Assembly: GCA_015228875.1 (NCBI GenBank) | Contig: JADGCS010000007.1 | Coordinates: 1,494-65,493 of the forward strand | DNA: 64,000 nt | Source of the DNA: Deltaproteobacteria bacterium | GTDB taxonomy: Bacteria > UBA10199 > JADGCS01 | Reading direction: 5' to 3' | Part shown: positions 19,113-29,297 of the stretch, piece after piece | Position numbering within the stretch: position 1 is the stretch's first letter | Layout: each line of letters begins with the position of its first letter | Notes under the pieces: model-generated | The model's database searches: none | Told to the model about the DNA's origin: nothing | The model's input: only the letters and a program-made list of their open reading frames with translations | Translations under genes and position numbers: made by a program

Positions 19113-19436
19113 TTACACCGACATACGCATGACTTCCTTGTAGGCCTCGACAACCTTGTTTTTGATCGTCGCCATCAACCGTAAGCTTAAATCGGCATGT
19201 TCTCCCTTTAAGACCAGCTCGTGCAGGTTAATGCTCTCACCTTTTGCAAACTGGTCCGATATAGCCTCGTACTCCTTAACTGTGGCATCCACTTTTTTAA
19301 CACCATTGACCATCAGATCGGTAAAACTTTCTGGCTTGTCCTCTTTGTTTAAGCCCACCTTGCCGGGAAACTCACCCGAACTGACGTTTCCAATCCGCGG
19401 CATCTGCTGGGGCTGTATGACTTTTCCTGTTGTCAT
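19113..19436 (-). CDS. fliE: Flagellar hook-basal body complex protein FliE
   Basis: FliE C-terminal motif (HELVLKGEHADLSLRLMATIKNKVVEAYKEVMRM). A start at MTTGKV (19436) with a GAGGAA RBS is preferred over the longer track ORF. Confidence 0.8.
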   Translation of the reverse strand: MTTGKVIQPQQMPRIGNVSSGEFPGKVGLNKEDKPESFTDLMVNGVKKVDATVKEYEAISDQFAKGESINLHELVLKGEHADLSLRLMATIKNKVVEAYKEVMRMSV

Positions 19437-19484
19437 ATATAATTCCTCACCCGCATAACGCGACAAATACTACGCGCGGGGTGC

Positions 19485-19565
19485 ATTGCGATCGGACATG
19501 AATAATTTCATGTCTGGCGCTATGCGCCAATTGCGATCGGATATGAATGATTTCATGTCCGGCGC
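19485..19565. repeat. Two tandem 36-bp palindrome-containing repeats (45-bp period) in the flgC-fliE intergenic region
   Basis: ATTGCGATCGGACATGAATAATTTCATGTCTGGCGC / ATTGCGATCGGATATGAATGATTTCATGTCCGGCGC. Each holds an 8-9-bp inverted repeat GACATGAA-N4-TTCATGTC. The palindrome GGCGCTATGCGCC lies between them. Confidence 0.7.
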
Positions 19566-19567
19566 GT

Positions 19568-19587
19568 AAAAAAAACCTTCCAAGGTT
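19568..19587 (-). terminator. Weak hairpin + U8 tract immediately after the flgC stop (possible attenuator)
   Basis: The minus-strand RNA reads AACCUUGGAAGGUU followed by UUUUUUUU. The stem is short and AT-rich. Confidence 0.3.
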
Positions 19588-20022
19588 TTATACCTTGGCC
19601 ATATCCAGAATCTTTAACGCCATTGTCTTTGTTGTGTTGAATGCCGTCACATTGGCCTCGTAGGCGCGGGAGGCCATAAGCATATCCGTCATCTCTTGCA
19701 CCAGATTGACATTGGGCAATTCAACAAAGCCTTTTTTGTCGGCATCGGGGTGACCCGGATCATACACCCTCTGAAAGGGTGTTGGATCCTTGTAAATCTC
19801 GGCCAGCTTGACCTCGCTGAGTTGCACATCGATCTGATCCTTTAAGGCGGTTTCAAAATTGAGCGGCACGGCTTCGAAGACGGGCGAGATTCTCTGATAA
19901 GGCTTGCCATCCGGCCCGCGTGTTGTCTGGGCGTTAGCGAGGTTGGCGCTGGTGATGTCCATCTGCATCTTTTGCGCCTTAAGCCCTGATGCCGTGACTG
20001 CTAATGAAGGCAATAATGACAT
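19588..20022 (-). CDS. flgC: Flagellar basal-body rod protein FlgC
   Basis: 144 aa. Rod N-terminal motif (ITSANLANAQTT) and C-terminal rod motif (MTDMLMASRAYEANV). Confidence 0.9.
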   Translation of the reverse strand: MSLLPSLAVTASGLKAQKMQMDITSANLANAQTTRGPDGKPYQRISPVFEAVPLNFETALKDQIDVQLSEVKLAEIYKDPTPFQRVYDPGHPDADKKGFVELPNVNLVQEMTDMLMASRAYEANVTAFNTTKTMALKILDMAKV

Positions 20023-20048
20023 GGTTCTCTCCCTTGTGCGTACAAAGT

Positions 20049-20423
20049 TTATTGATCAGCCGCCGCAAACTTGAGCAGTGCCAGATTCTTTTTAATCACC
20101 TCGGTGGCCACCATAAATTCTACGGAATTATCCGCAAGCCTTGCCATTTGATCTTCCATGATCACGTTGTTCCCGTTGGCCTTGGCGTCGGTGTCGATCT
20201 TGGTTTCTTCCATCTTGGGTTCGATGTTTATCTGATCCATCTGCTTTGCCTCTTCCGACTGAAACCCCTCTACAAATCCCTGAAATAAAAGATCCTTTGC
20301 CTGATAATTGGGTGTTTCCATATGAGCGATATTTTGTGCAAGAAGATCGTTACGGGCACCCAGATAAGAGAGCCTGCCTGACAATCGTTGTATGATATCG
20401 GTATTTAATATGATGCCCGGCAT
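20049..20423 (-). CDS. flgB: Flagellar basal-body rod protein FlgB
   Basis: 124 aa. FlgB N-terminal motif (NDLLAQNIAHMETPNYQAKDL). First gene of the operon. Confidence 0.9.
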   Translation of the reverse strand: MPGIILNTDIIQRLSGRLSYLGARNDLLAQNIAHMETPNYQAKDLLFQGFVEGFQSEEAKQMDQINIEPKMEETKIDTDAKANGNNVIMEDQMARLADNSVEFMVATEVIKKNLALLKFAAADQ

Positions 20424-20607
20424 GATTCCCCCCTCGTTTTTTTAAACTCACAGGGCCGTTTTTTTATGTTGCCCCTGTTTCTTGTTGTTCATCATTTTGT
20501 GCTGTTTCATAAGCCACTCATCACAAATTTTTTGTTTAAAAAAATATTCCTCAAGTTTTCTTATCAGAATTCCGATAAGCCTATAAAGTAGAACTATAAT
20601 AGGACTA

Positions 20608-20624
20608 TGCAAAAGAGGTGCCAA
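20608..20624 (-). promoter_or_regulatory. Consensus sigma-54 (-24/-12) promoter for the flgB operon
   Basis: The minus strand reads TTGGCAC-CTCTT-TTGCA, i.e. TGGCAC-N5-TTGC. It lies ~185 nt upstream of the flgB ATG. Confidence 0.7.
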
Positions 20625-20969
20625 AAGCACATCACAATATTATCAACAACTTAGCCTGGTTCAAGGTTGCCAGGGGGAAAAAATTGCCCGGATAAATAGC
20701 GGGGAACTAGGAATTAATGACCGAGCCTGTTCGCTATTCCCTACCTTGTGTTGACATCCTTTAATATCCCTTAACAGGTGTGATCATATAAAATTATTAT
20801 TTGCCATACAGGGATGCGTTCACCATAGCGAAAAATCAACGGCAAGCCCATAAGCATGTTTTGGGCGCAATGGGTGGGGTGTAGATTTATTCTGCCATTT
20901 TGGAGGAAGGTCCCCGTCCAAATTATTTGATCTTATCACCCAGAAATACCAATAGATCACAATCACCTC

Positions 20970-21659
20970 ATGCAAAGCCCAATTAAAATATTATTTCATG
21001 ATGATCATTACATTGCTGTCCATAAATCGGCCAACCTGCTTGTGCACCGGTCTCAAATCTCAAGCGACCGTATTTTTTTGCTCAACACTTTAAGGGATCA
21101 GATCAATCAGAGGATTTACCCCGTTCACAGACTCGACAGGCCTACTTCTGGCGTTATTATTTTTGGACTTAATCCATCAGCAACACAAAGACTGTCGCAA
21201 CTTTTTAAAGACGGGCTCGTTAAAAAAACATATCTCGCGGTCGTCCGTGGTTGTGTCCACGGCACGCAACGTATCGACTACCCGCTCAAAGAAGGTGCAC
21301 AGACAAACCTTAAAACGGCCATCACCGATCTTCAATCATTGGCAACTCTTGAACTCCCGATTGCAAACTCCAGGCACACCACATCGCGCTACACATTCTT
21401 AAGACTCTTTCCAAAGACCGGAAGATACCATCAGCTCCGCAAACATCTCGCCCACATCTCTCATCCGGTTATCGGTGATGTGAGGCATGGTTCGGGGGAA
21501 CACAATCAAATTTTTAGAACACACCTCAACGTAAACAGGCTCCTGCTGTTTGCCGAGAGTCTGCAATTCACACACCCCTATACAGATCAGGACGTCACCA
21601 TCAGGATGGATCCAGACGCAGACTTTGTGAAGGTCTGTGAATTATTTGGAGGGCTTTGA
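20970..21659 (+). CDS. RluA-family pseudouridine synthase (TruC-like tRNA pseudouridine synthase)
   Basis: 229 aa. Catalytic motif HRLDRPTSGVIIFG with the RluA-family fold. The size fits TruC. Confidence 0.8.
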   Translation: MQSPIKILFHDDHYIAVHKSANLLVHRSQISSDRIFLLNTLRDQINQRIYPVHRLDRPTSGVIIFGLNPSATQRLSQLFKDGLVKKTYLAVVRGCVHGTQRIDYPLKEGAQTNLKTAITDLQSLATLELPIANSRHTTSRYTFLRLFPKTGRYHQLRKHLAHISHPVIGDVRHGSGEHNQIFRTHLNVNRLLLFAESLQFTHPYTDQDVTIRMDPDADFVKVCELFGGL

Positions 21660-21774
21660 ATTTCGGGGCCAGTCTTGCCTTTTTAAGTTTTGGTTGCAGG
21701 TGACAAGAATGTTGTAACCATTGAGAATCAATATTGCGATCTCCGGATCCCAAACCAACGTCAGCCCCCCCCCC

Positions 21775-23076
21775 TCACACCCTTGCGCCAAGCGGTGCAG
21801 CCACCACAAATTCTTCGTATTTGTTCTGCCATTTAGGCGGGAGGTCTACCTCGATTTCGGATCCGTGCGCGGTGTTTTTTGATGAGATCACACAGCCGTG
21901 TGTGTAGAGATCATGGAGCACCTTGCCCAATGAATGCGGGACCAGCAGGCGCAGACGGCGGTAGTAACACAGGCTGAGTTTTTCTTCGACCTGAGTCAGC
22001 AGTGTTTCGATGCCAAAGCCCTTGAGTGCCGATATTTTAACCGCGCCATTGACAGCGTTGCTCAACACGCAACCCTCGGGCAGCTCTGTCTCCAGGCGGT
22101 CTATCTTGTTTAACACATTGATGACCGGTTTGTGATGAAGGCCCAGATCTACCAGCAGATTTTCGACAGTCTTGATCTGCTGCGCCCTGTCCGGGTGACT
22201 CGCATCGATAATGTGCAGCAGCACATCGGCATTGGCCACTTCTTGAAATGTTGATTTAAAGGACTCGATGAGCTCGAGGGGAAGATTGCGGATAAATCCC
22301 ACCGTGTCCGAGACCAGAACCTTCTGCCCCGATGCCAGACGAATTTTTTTTGTCTTGGGATCAAGCGTCGCAAAGAGTTTGTCTTCAACAATCACATCGT
22401 CACTGCCGGTGAGCTGATTAAATAATGTCGACTTGCCGGCATTTGTGTAACCGATAAGAGAGAGCGTTGGGATCGGGACAGAGTTTCTTTTGTTGCGATG
22501 CACCTCACGTGAACAGGCCACCTTTTTTAGATTTTTTCTAAGCATGTTGATACGCTCACGCACACGCCTGCGGTCAACTTCGAGTTGTGTTTCGCCGGCC
22601 CCGCGCAGGCCAATGCTGCCACCGCGCTGTTTGGAAAAATGCGTCCAAGCCCCGACAAGTCTTGGCAGCAGGTATTGGTACTGGGCAAGCTCGACCTGCA
22701 GTTTGCCCTCCTTTGACTGGGCACGCTGCGCAAAGATATCGAGGATCAGGCCGGTCCGGTCAATCACACGAACCCCCCACGCCTCTTCGAGATTTCTGTT
22801 TTGTATGGGGGACAACTGATGATCAACAATCGCAAGTTCGACGTTGAGTTCCTTAAGACGATTTTTAACTTCTTCTACTTTGCCCTGTCCGATGAATGTG
22901 GAGGGGTTGAATTGCCTGATCTCGACAAACTCGCTGCCCACAAGGTCTGCACCGGCGGTGTATACAAGATTCATGGTCTCTTCGACACTCTCGTGGGCCT
23001 CGGATCGCGTCATTTTAAAGGTGTGTATACCCAATACGTATGTTCTTTCAGGTACAAATTTTCTTTGATACATCAA
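21775..23076 (-). CDS. hflX: GTPase HflX
   Basis: 433 aa. HflX N-terminal domain and G-domain motifs (GYTNAGKSTLFNQLTG, DTVGF, NKID). Confidence 0.9.
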   Translation of the reverse strand: MMYQRKFVPERTYVLGIHTFKMTRSEAHESVEETMNLVYTAGADLVGSEFVEIRQFNPSTFIGQGKVEEVKNRLKELNVELAIVDHQLSPIQNRNLEEAWGVRVIDRTGLILDIFAQRAQSKEGKLQVELAQYQYLLPRLVGAWTHFSKQRGGSIGLRGAGETQLEVDRRRVRERINMLRKNLKKVACSREVHRNKRNSVPIPTLSLIGYTNAGKSTLFNQLTGSDDVIVEDKLFATLDPKTKKIRLASGQKVLVSDTVGFIRNLPLELIESFKSTFQEVANADVLLHIIDASHPDRAQQIKTVENLLVDLGLHHKPVINVLNKIDRLETELPEGCVLSNAVNGAVKISALKGFGIETLLTQVEEKLSLCYYRRLRLLVPHSLGKVLHDLYTHGCVISSKNTAHGSEIEVDLPPKWQNKYEEFVVAAPLGARV

Positions 23077-23152
23077 ACCTCTTTTGTTTTAGGCCAAAGA
23101 TCCCAATGACAAGGTTTTGCACCCAATGCCGTGCCCTGTTATTTGCTTTTCG

Positions 23153-26100
23153 TCAGACAAACCTCACCGCCTTGTGATCAAACAACTCGTTAATCCTGTG
23201 CTGCAGAGGCTCACACGCGATCACAGAATGCTCTGCCGGCAGTGCGATAACCGTCTCGAAAAAATGCTCTTCTTTAAGGTGAAAAAAAACCAGACTGTCG
23301 CCCTTGTAGTGTTTAATGATGTCCATGAAGGATTGAACTTTATCTCCCGTAAACTTTTTATAAGGAATTTCCAGATGAATACTCCTTGTTGCCTGCTTGA
23401 TCCTCTCGCTTAATATTTCGATCTCCTCTACCACTATTTTATCACCTTCGCTCCCATGGTCAACGATTCCTTTAATGATGAGAGGCTGATCAACAGCCAA
23501 CTTCCCTTCGCACGCCTTAAAAGCCCTGGCAAACACCACCACCTCAACTTTGCCGTAAAGGTCTTCCAGAAAACCAAAGGCCATCTTCTGCCCTTTTTTG
23601 GTCACGATGACACGGTGGGAAAGGATGGTCCCGCCTACCGTCACGGGTGTGTCTTTTGACAGCCTGCTTAAATCGCGGATGCTATGGGTTGTCACCGCTT
23701 TAAGGTGATCTGCATAGGCCTCAAGCGGATGACCGGAAAAATAAAAACCAAAGACCTCTTTTTCAAATTTTAATATTTCGTTCTTTGACCACTCTCCCTC
23801 GTCCTTGACACTCAGACCCACCGGGGATTCCTTGGTTGTGTCCATGCCAGAGAAGAGATCGCCCTGTCCCTGCCGCTCGTCTTTCTGCCGTGTCACAGCA
23901 AGATCAACAATCTGGGGCGCCAACTCACACATGGCTTTTTTGGTCATGCTAAAATCATCAAACGCACCCGCCTTGATAAGAACATCAATCACTTTTCTTG
24001 TGACGCGGCTTAAATCTACCCGCACACAAAAATCGTACAGGCTTTTAAAAACACCGCCGGACTCCCTGGCTGTGATGATGGAATCAATGGCGCTGCTGCC
24101 CACCCCCTTGAGTGCTGCAAGCCCATACCGGATAAATCCGCTTTTCTCTACTGTAAAATCAATCTCACTCAGGTTGATATCGGGGGGCAGTAGCTTGATG
24201 TTGTGATGCTTGCAATCATCGATGAAGATAAAAATCTTGTCCGTGTCGTTAATTTCTGTCGACAGTATGGCTGCCATGTATTCTGCCGGGTAGTGGGTTT
24301 TGAGCCATGCCGTCTGATAGGACACCATCGCGTATGCCGCAGAATGTGACTTGTTAAAACCATACCCCGCAAACTTTGCCATAAGGTCGAAGACATTTTC
24401 TGCCTTTTTAAGATCGAGGTTGTTTTGTTTTGCACCGTCCAAAAATCTTTTTTTCTGCGCGTCCATCTCCTTGACCTTTTTTTTGCCCATGGCACGGCGC
24501 AAAATATCGGCCTCTCCGAGGCTATAATTGGCCAGTTCCGAGGCGATCTTCATCACCTGTTCCTGATAAACAATGACCCCGTAGGTCCCTTTTAAAATTT
24601 TTTCGAGCTGTGGGAAAGAATAGACAATCTCTTTTCTGCCCCATTTGCGCTCGATAAAATCATCCACCATCCCCGACTCCAGAGGCCCCGGCCTGTACAA
24701 CGCCACAAGCGCAATGATATCCTCAAAGCAGCCGGGCTTGAGTTTTTTCATCAACTCACGCATCCCCGATGATTCGAGCTGAAATATCCCGCAGCCGTCG
24801 CCCTCTCCCAGGGACTTTAAAACGGTTTCGTCATTCATCGGGATATCGGTGATATCAACCTCGACACCGCAGGATCTTTTGATGTTATCGATCGTCTTTT
24901 TGATCACCGTCAGGGTTTTAAGTCCCAGAAAATCAAACTTGATCAGCCCGATCTTCTCCGCGCTCTTCATGTCAAACTGCAATACAATATCTTCCTTTGA
25001 ACCCTTGTACAGGGGGGAAAAATGCCACAGGGGTTTGTCGGTGATGATCACACCCGCCGCATGCACCGATGCGTGGCGGCTTAAACCCTCAAGCCTCAGT
25101 GAAACATCCACAAGACGCCTGACCGTGTCTTCCTTCTCATACAGCGCCTTTAAATCGGGCTCCTGCTCCAGGGCCTTTGTGAGTGTGATGTCCAGCGCAT
25201 TGGGAACCATTTTTGCAATCTTGTCCACGTAGTCGTAATCGAGCTCCATCACGCGCCCCACATCGCGCAAAACCGCTTTGGCCTTCATTTTGCCAAAGGT
25301 GATGATCTGTGAGACATTGCCGTATTTTTTTGTCACGTAGTCAATAACCTCTCCGCGACGGTCCTGGCAAAAATCCACATCAAAATCTGGCATGCTGATG
25401 CGTTCGGGATTAAGAAATCTTTCGAACAGAAGATCAAAGGGAATGGGGTCGATGTCTGTAATTGAGAGCGCGTAGGCCACCAGAGAACCCGCGCCAGACC
25501 CGCGTCCGGGGCCGACAGGAATCCCACGCTGCTTGGCCCAGTTGATAAAATCGGCCACGATGAGAAAATAACCGGAGAAGCCCATTTTTTGGATCACAGA
25601 GAGTTCGTGCTTAAGCCTCTCCTCGTAAAACGCCCGGTCTTCATCCAAAAGTTTCTGCGCTGTTTTTATTCTGTCCCAGCGTTGGTTAAAACCATGCGCG
25701 GCCTTTTCTGTCAGGGATTCATCCAGTGTCTTTCCGGGTTCCACCTCATATTGCGGCAGGTAATATTGACCGTAAGTAAAATGATAATCGCAGCGGCCGA
25801 CAATCTCCTGAGTACTGGCAAGGGCCTCTGGACAAAACGCAAACAGCTCCTGCATTTCCTGCTCTGATCTAAAGTGGTATTCATCAGTAGAAAATTTCAT
25901 CTGGTCGTGGGGAGATGTGATGGTTCTGCCAATCTGAATATCGCGCAGGACCTCGAACGCGCTTGCGTCTTCCCTGCCAAGGTAATGGATGTTGTTGGTT
26001 GCAACAACAGGAACACCTGTTTCCTTTGCAATCGACACAAGTTCTTCATTTGTTTTTTTTTGCCCCGCAAGACCGTTGTCCTGAAGTTCGATGTAATAAT

Positions 26101-26602
26101 CAGAAAAAATAGACGCGTATTTTTTGACCGCACGAACAGCCTCTTCGCGTCTCTCGTTATAAAGATGGTGGTTGATCTCGCTGTTAAAACCGGATGAGAG
26201 GGCTATGAGACCTTGGCCGTATTCTTTGAGCAGCGCAGTATCGACACGCGGCTTGTAATAAAACCCCTCAAGATAGCTCTGTGTGATCAAACGCGAAAGA
26301 TTTTTGTAACCCTCTTCATTTTTGACAAGCAAGAGAATCTGCCAGAGAACATCCTCTCCTTTTTTGTATTGTTTAAGTTTGTGATTATCGTAATTGGGCA
26401 GAAAGAGCACGCACCCAAGCAAGGGTTTGATCCCGGCCTGCTCCGCCGATTCAAAAAACTCGACGGCACCAAAGATATTCCCGTAATCCGTGATGGCAAG
26501 CGCCGGCATCTCGTGTGTTTTGGCCTTGCCCACGGCGTCCTTAATACGCGTGGCCCCGTTTAAGAGACTGTACTCGGTGTGCAGATGCAGGTGTGAAAAC
26601 AT
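23153..26602 (-). CDS. dnaE: DNA polymerase III alpha subunit DnaE
   Basis: 1149 aa. PHP domain (MFSHLHLHTEYSLL), polymerase core, and OB fold. Confidence 0.95.
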   Translation of the reverse strand: MFSHLHLHTEYSLLNGATRIKDAVGKAKTHEMPALAITDYGNIFGAVEFFESAEQAGIKPLLGCVLFLPNYDNHKLKQYKKGEDVLWQILLLVKNEEGYKNLSRLITQSYLEGFYYKPRVDTALLKEYGQGLIALSSGFNSEINHHLYNERREEAVRAVKKYASIFSDYYIELQDNGLAGQKKTNEELVSIAKETGVPVVATNNIHYLGREDASAFEVLRDIQIGRTITSPHDQMKFSTDEYHFRSEQEMQELFAFCPEALASTQEIVGRCDYHFTYGQYYLPQYEVEPGKTLDESLTEKAAHGFNQRWDRIKTAQKLLDEDRAFYEERLKHELSVIQKMGFSGYFLIVADFINWAKQRGIPVGPGRGSGAGSLVAYALSITDIDPIPFDLLFERFLNPERISMPDFDVDFCQDRRGEVIDYVTKKYGNVSQIITFGKMKAKAVLRDVGRVMELDYDYVDKIAKMVPNALDITLTKALEQEPDLKALYEKEDTVRRLVDVSLRLEGLSRHASVHAAGVIITDKPLWHFSPLYKGSKEDIVLQFDMKSAEKIGLIKFDFLGLKTLTVIKKTIDNIKRSCGVEVDITDIPMNDETVLKSLGEGDGCGIFQLESSGMRELMKKLKPGCFEDIIALVALYRPGPLESGMVDDFIERKWGRKEIVYSFPQLEKILKGTYGVIVYQEQVMKIASELANYSLGEADILRRAMGKKKVKEMDAQKKRFLDGAKQNNLDLKKAENVFDLMAKFAGYGFNKSHSAAYAMVSYQTAWLKTHYPAEYMAAILSTEINDTDKIFIFIDDCKHHNIKLLPPDINLSEIDFTVEKSGFIRYGLAALKGVGSSAIDSIITARESGGVFKSLYDFCVRVDLSRVTRKVIDVLIKAGAFDDFSMTKKAMCELAPQIVDLAVTRQKDERQGQGDLFSGMDTTKESPVGLSVKDEGEWSKNEILKFEKEVFGFYFSGHPLEAYADHLKAVTTHSIRDLSRLSKDTPVTVGGTILSHRVIVTKKGQKMAFGFLEDLYGKVEVVVFARAFKACEGKLAVDQPLIIKGIVDHGSEGDKIVVEEIEILSERIKQATRSIHLEIPYKKFTGDKVQSFMDIIKHYKGDSLVFFHLKEEHFFETVIALPAEHSVIACEPLQHRINELFDHKAVRFV

Positions 26603-26652
26603 TTTTTTAAATTACGAGATTCCGACCATGATCCCGGCTAAGGGCTAAGGGC

Positions 26653-28251
26653 TCAGGGCCGGGGGCTCTCCCTATATTCCCCAAAGACTTCCCGGAGTGT
26701 GAGAGAAATCTCTCCCAGAGTGGTGTAACATTTTACCGCCTCGTAAATAACCGGCATGAGATTTTCTGTGCCGCTTGCTGCCTGTCTCACTGCCGCCAAC
26801 GCCTTTTTTACCTGATGATTGTCCCGTCTGCCTTTGAGTGTGGCCAGTCTTTTTATCTGTTCGGCGGCAATCCCCTCGTCAACCTTAAGGATGGGGGGCT
26901 TTATTTTTTCTGTGAGGACATAATCGTTGACGCCCACCACAGTCCTGTCTTTTTGTTCGAGAGATTTTTGATACTCGTAGGCAGCACTTTGAATCTCCCT
27001 TTGCATATAGCCTGATTCAACAGCCTTGACCGCCCCGCCCATCTCGTCAATCTTTGTGATGTACTCCATGGCCCGCTTTTCAATCTCGTCCGTCAGTGAC
27101 TCGACAAAATAAGAGCCGGCCAGAGGGTCCGCCGTGTCTGTGACGCCGGTCTCGTGTGCCAGGATCTGCTGTGTCCGCAGGGCAATCATGGCAGACTGTT
27201 CTGTCGGTAACGCCAGAGCCTCATCTCTGCTGTTGGTGTGCAGGCTCTGTGTCCCGCCAAGGACGGCACTGAGGGCCTGATAGGCTACACGGACAACATT
27301 GTTGTCGATCTGCTGCGCGGTGAGTGTTGACCCGCCTGTCTGCGTGTGAAACTTGAGTTGACAGGAACGGTCGTTAGCGCCAAATCTTTCGCGCATGAGT
27401 TTTGCCCACAGGCGGCGTGCGGCCCGAAACTTTGCCACTTCTTCAAAAAAATAATTATGTGCGTTAAAAAAGAATGAGAGATTGGGGGCAAACTCATCGA
27501 CCTTAAGCCCCGCATCAAGCGCCGCCTTTACGTAGGCCAGACCATTGGCGAGCGTAAAGGCAACCTCCTGAACAGCAGAACTCCCCGCCTCGCGAATATG
27601 ATATCCCGAGATGGAGATGGTGTTCCACTTGGGAACACGCTGTTTGCAGAAGGCAAAAATATCGGTGATGATCCTCAGCGATTCCCGGACAGGGTAGATG
27701 TAGGTCCCACGCGCCACGTATTCTTTGAGAAGATCGTTTTGAATGGTCCCTTTAAGTTCTGTCGCTGCAATCCCCTTTTTTTCTGCTGCTGCGATATACA
27801 TCGCAAGCAGCACCGCTGCTGTGGCATTGATGGTCATCGATGTAGAGACCCTGGAGAAATCAATACCGTCAAAGAGAATCTCTATGTCCTCAAGGCTGTC
27901 AATCGCCACCCCCGCCTTGCCGACCTCGCCCCGTGCCCTTGGATCGTCAGAATCAAACCCCATCTGGGTGGGCAGATCAAACGCAACAGACAGGCCCGTG
28001 CCGCCGGATGCGATGAGTTTTTGATAACGCTGATTGGACTCGCGGGCAGACCCAAAGCCCGCATAGAGCCTCATGGTCCACAAGCGTCCGCGGTACATGT
28101 CGTTGTACACACCGCGAGTAAAGGGATGTTGGCCGGGGAGTGAGAGCCCATCGCATGCCCCCGAGTCTCTCTGCCCTGCCATATAAACAGGGGCCACAGA
28201 AATTTTGGACGGGGTATGATATTCGAGCTTGCGCTTGTTGGAGTGTGTCAT
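26653..28251 (-). CDS. Methylmalonyl-CoA mutase family catalytic (N-terminal/large) subunit, lacking a fused B12-binding domain
   Basis: 532 aa, colinear with the MCM TIM-barrel catalytic domain (…RESNQRYQ…, …[21 protein letters not shown]…). No B12-binding (DxHxxG) domain is seen at the C-terminus. Confidence 0.8.
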   Translation of the reverse strand: MTHSNKRKLEYHTPSKISVAPVYMAGQRDSGACDGLSLPGQHPFTRGVYNDMYRGRLWTMRLYAGFGSARESNQRYQKLIASGGTGLSVAFDLPTQMGFDSDDPRARGEVGKAGVAIDSLEDIEILFDGIDFSRVSTSMTINATAAVLLAMYIAAAEKKGIAATELKGTIQNDLLKEYVARGTYIYPVRESLRIITDIFAFCKQRVPKWNTISISGYHIREAGSSAVQEVAFTLANGLAYVKAALDAGLKVDEFAPNLSFFFNAHNYFFEEVAKFRAARRLWAKLMRERFGANDRSCQLKFHTQTGGSTLTAQQIDNNVVRVAYQALSAVLGGTQSLHTNSRDEALALPTEQSAMIALRTQQILAHETGVTDTADPLAGSYFVESLTDEIEKRAMEYITKIDEMGGAVKAVESGYMQREIQSAAYEYQKSLEQKDRTVVGVNDYVLTEKIKPPILKVDEGIAAEQIKRLATLKGRRDNHQVKKALAAVRQAASGTENLMPVIYEAVKCYTTLGEISLTLREVFGEYRESPRP

Positions 28252-28353
28252 TTCTAAAACAATGAGCGGCCCCTGCAGTAAACATCAGGGCCTCGATTCT
28301 TAAACCAGAATGCAGCCATTGAAACGTGCTGGCAACAGGGGATACGGTTTATG

Positions 28354-28791
28354 TTAAAACGGGATATCGTCATCAGTCTCAAACATAGGCGGGCCGTTGT
28401 CGGCCGGGGCCGAGGCTGCGCCATCACTCTGAGAAATGTCGGCAGCGGGAGCTGAACCCCGCTTATCCAAAAACTGAACGATCTGCGCGTTGACCTCTGT
28501 TGTATATCTTTTGTTGCCGTCTTTATCGTCCCATTGACGTGTCTGGAGACGCCCTTCGATATACACCGCACGCCCCTTGGCAAGATACTCTTTACACAGC
28601 TCTGCCAGCTTGCCCCACACCACGATCCGGTGCCACTCGGTCTTTTCTTCGAGATTACCGGTCTGTTTGTCCTTCCAGCGTTCTGTTGTTGCAATATTAA
28701 AATTTGCAACAGCACTCCCGCTCGCTGTGTAACGAATCTCGGGGTCTTTGCCCAGATTGCCTATCAGTATAACCTTGTTAACACTTGCCAT
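28354..28791 (-). CDS. ssb: Single-stranded DNA-binding protein SSB
   Basis: 145 aa. OB fold ([19 protein letters not shown]…[10 protein letters not shown]) and an acidic DDDIPF tail. Confidence 0.95.
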   Translation of the reverse strand: MASVNKVILIGNLGKDPEIRYTASGSAVANFNIATTERWKDKQTGNLEEKTEWHRIVVWGKLAELCKEYLAKGRAVYIEGRLQTRQWDDKDGNKRYTTEVNAQIVQFLDKRGSAPAADISQSDGAASAPADNGPPMFETDDDIPF

Positions 28792-28864
28792 GATTTACCT
28801 CTTTATTTGGCGCCTTTGAGTGCTGCGAAAATACCCACAAGCAAAGGCGTATGGTTTATGTTCA

Positions 28865-28974
28865 GGAATTTCAAAGTTGACAAACCGCGGGTGCCTGCCT
28901 CGCATAACGAGGCGACTCAACCGCGTCCCCCAAGGGGATTTCCTTCGGGGCATCAAAGTCAAGTCAGTCACTTG
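28865..28974 (-). mobile_element. MITE copy 6 (long variant) between ssb and the sigma-54 regulator gene
   Basis: GGAATTTCAAAGTTGACAAACCGCGGGTGCC…CCCCCAAGGGGATTTCCTTCGGGGCATCAAAGTCAAGTCAGTCACTTG. Confidence 0.8.
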
Positions 28975-29256
28975 TGTTTGTTCAAACAGTCTTTGCTAAA
29001 CACGACGCAGGTCATTGTCAATGGGTTAAATCAAGATGTAAGGACAACACCGTTTTTTCTAAAAAAAACAAGAAACTTTACACATGTCTGTCCGATGCTG
29101 CAGACAGGGGGATGCTTTGTCCAAGATTTTATTGATTCCAGAATTTTGAACACGGTGTGTCCATGATTTTTGGCAATGTGTATAAAATATTGGACACCCC
29201 GATGTTTTATAAATATAACTGTATAACAATTGTGACATTTAATTGTTTGATTTTTT

Positions 29257-29272
29257 GGCACAATGATTGCTT
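29257..29272 (+). promoter_or_regulatory. Consensus sigma-54 promoter for the NtrC-type regulator gene
   Basis: TGGCAC-AATGA-TTGCT on the plus strand, ~26 nt upstream of the ATG at 29298. A GGAGG RBS lies at 29285-29289. Confidence 0.65.
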
Positions 29273-29297
29273 CTAAGCTTAAGCGGAGGGGCCACAC

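Noticed and set aside
19485-19565. Possible CRISPR-like repeat
   Set aside because: Only two units with no unique spacers of CRISPR size. The palindromes are better explained as operator or hairpin repeats.
20448-20630. 60-aa minus-strand ORF upstream of flgB
   Set aside because: It overlaps the sigma-54 promoter element of flgB and has very biased composition. More likely an untranslated leader.
20640-20969. 330-bp non-coding region upstream of the pseudouridine synthase gene as a possible tRNA or sRNA
   Set aside because: No cloverleaf-compatible segments or conserved T-loop GTTCRANYC motif seen. Cannot be supported without a covariance search.
28254-28715. 153-aa minus-strand ORF overlapping ssb in another frame
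   Set aside because: ssb in its own frame has the full OB-fold and DDDIPF signature. The overlapping frame is Arg/Pro-rich nonsense.
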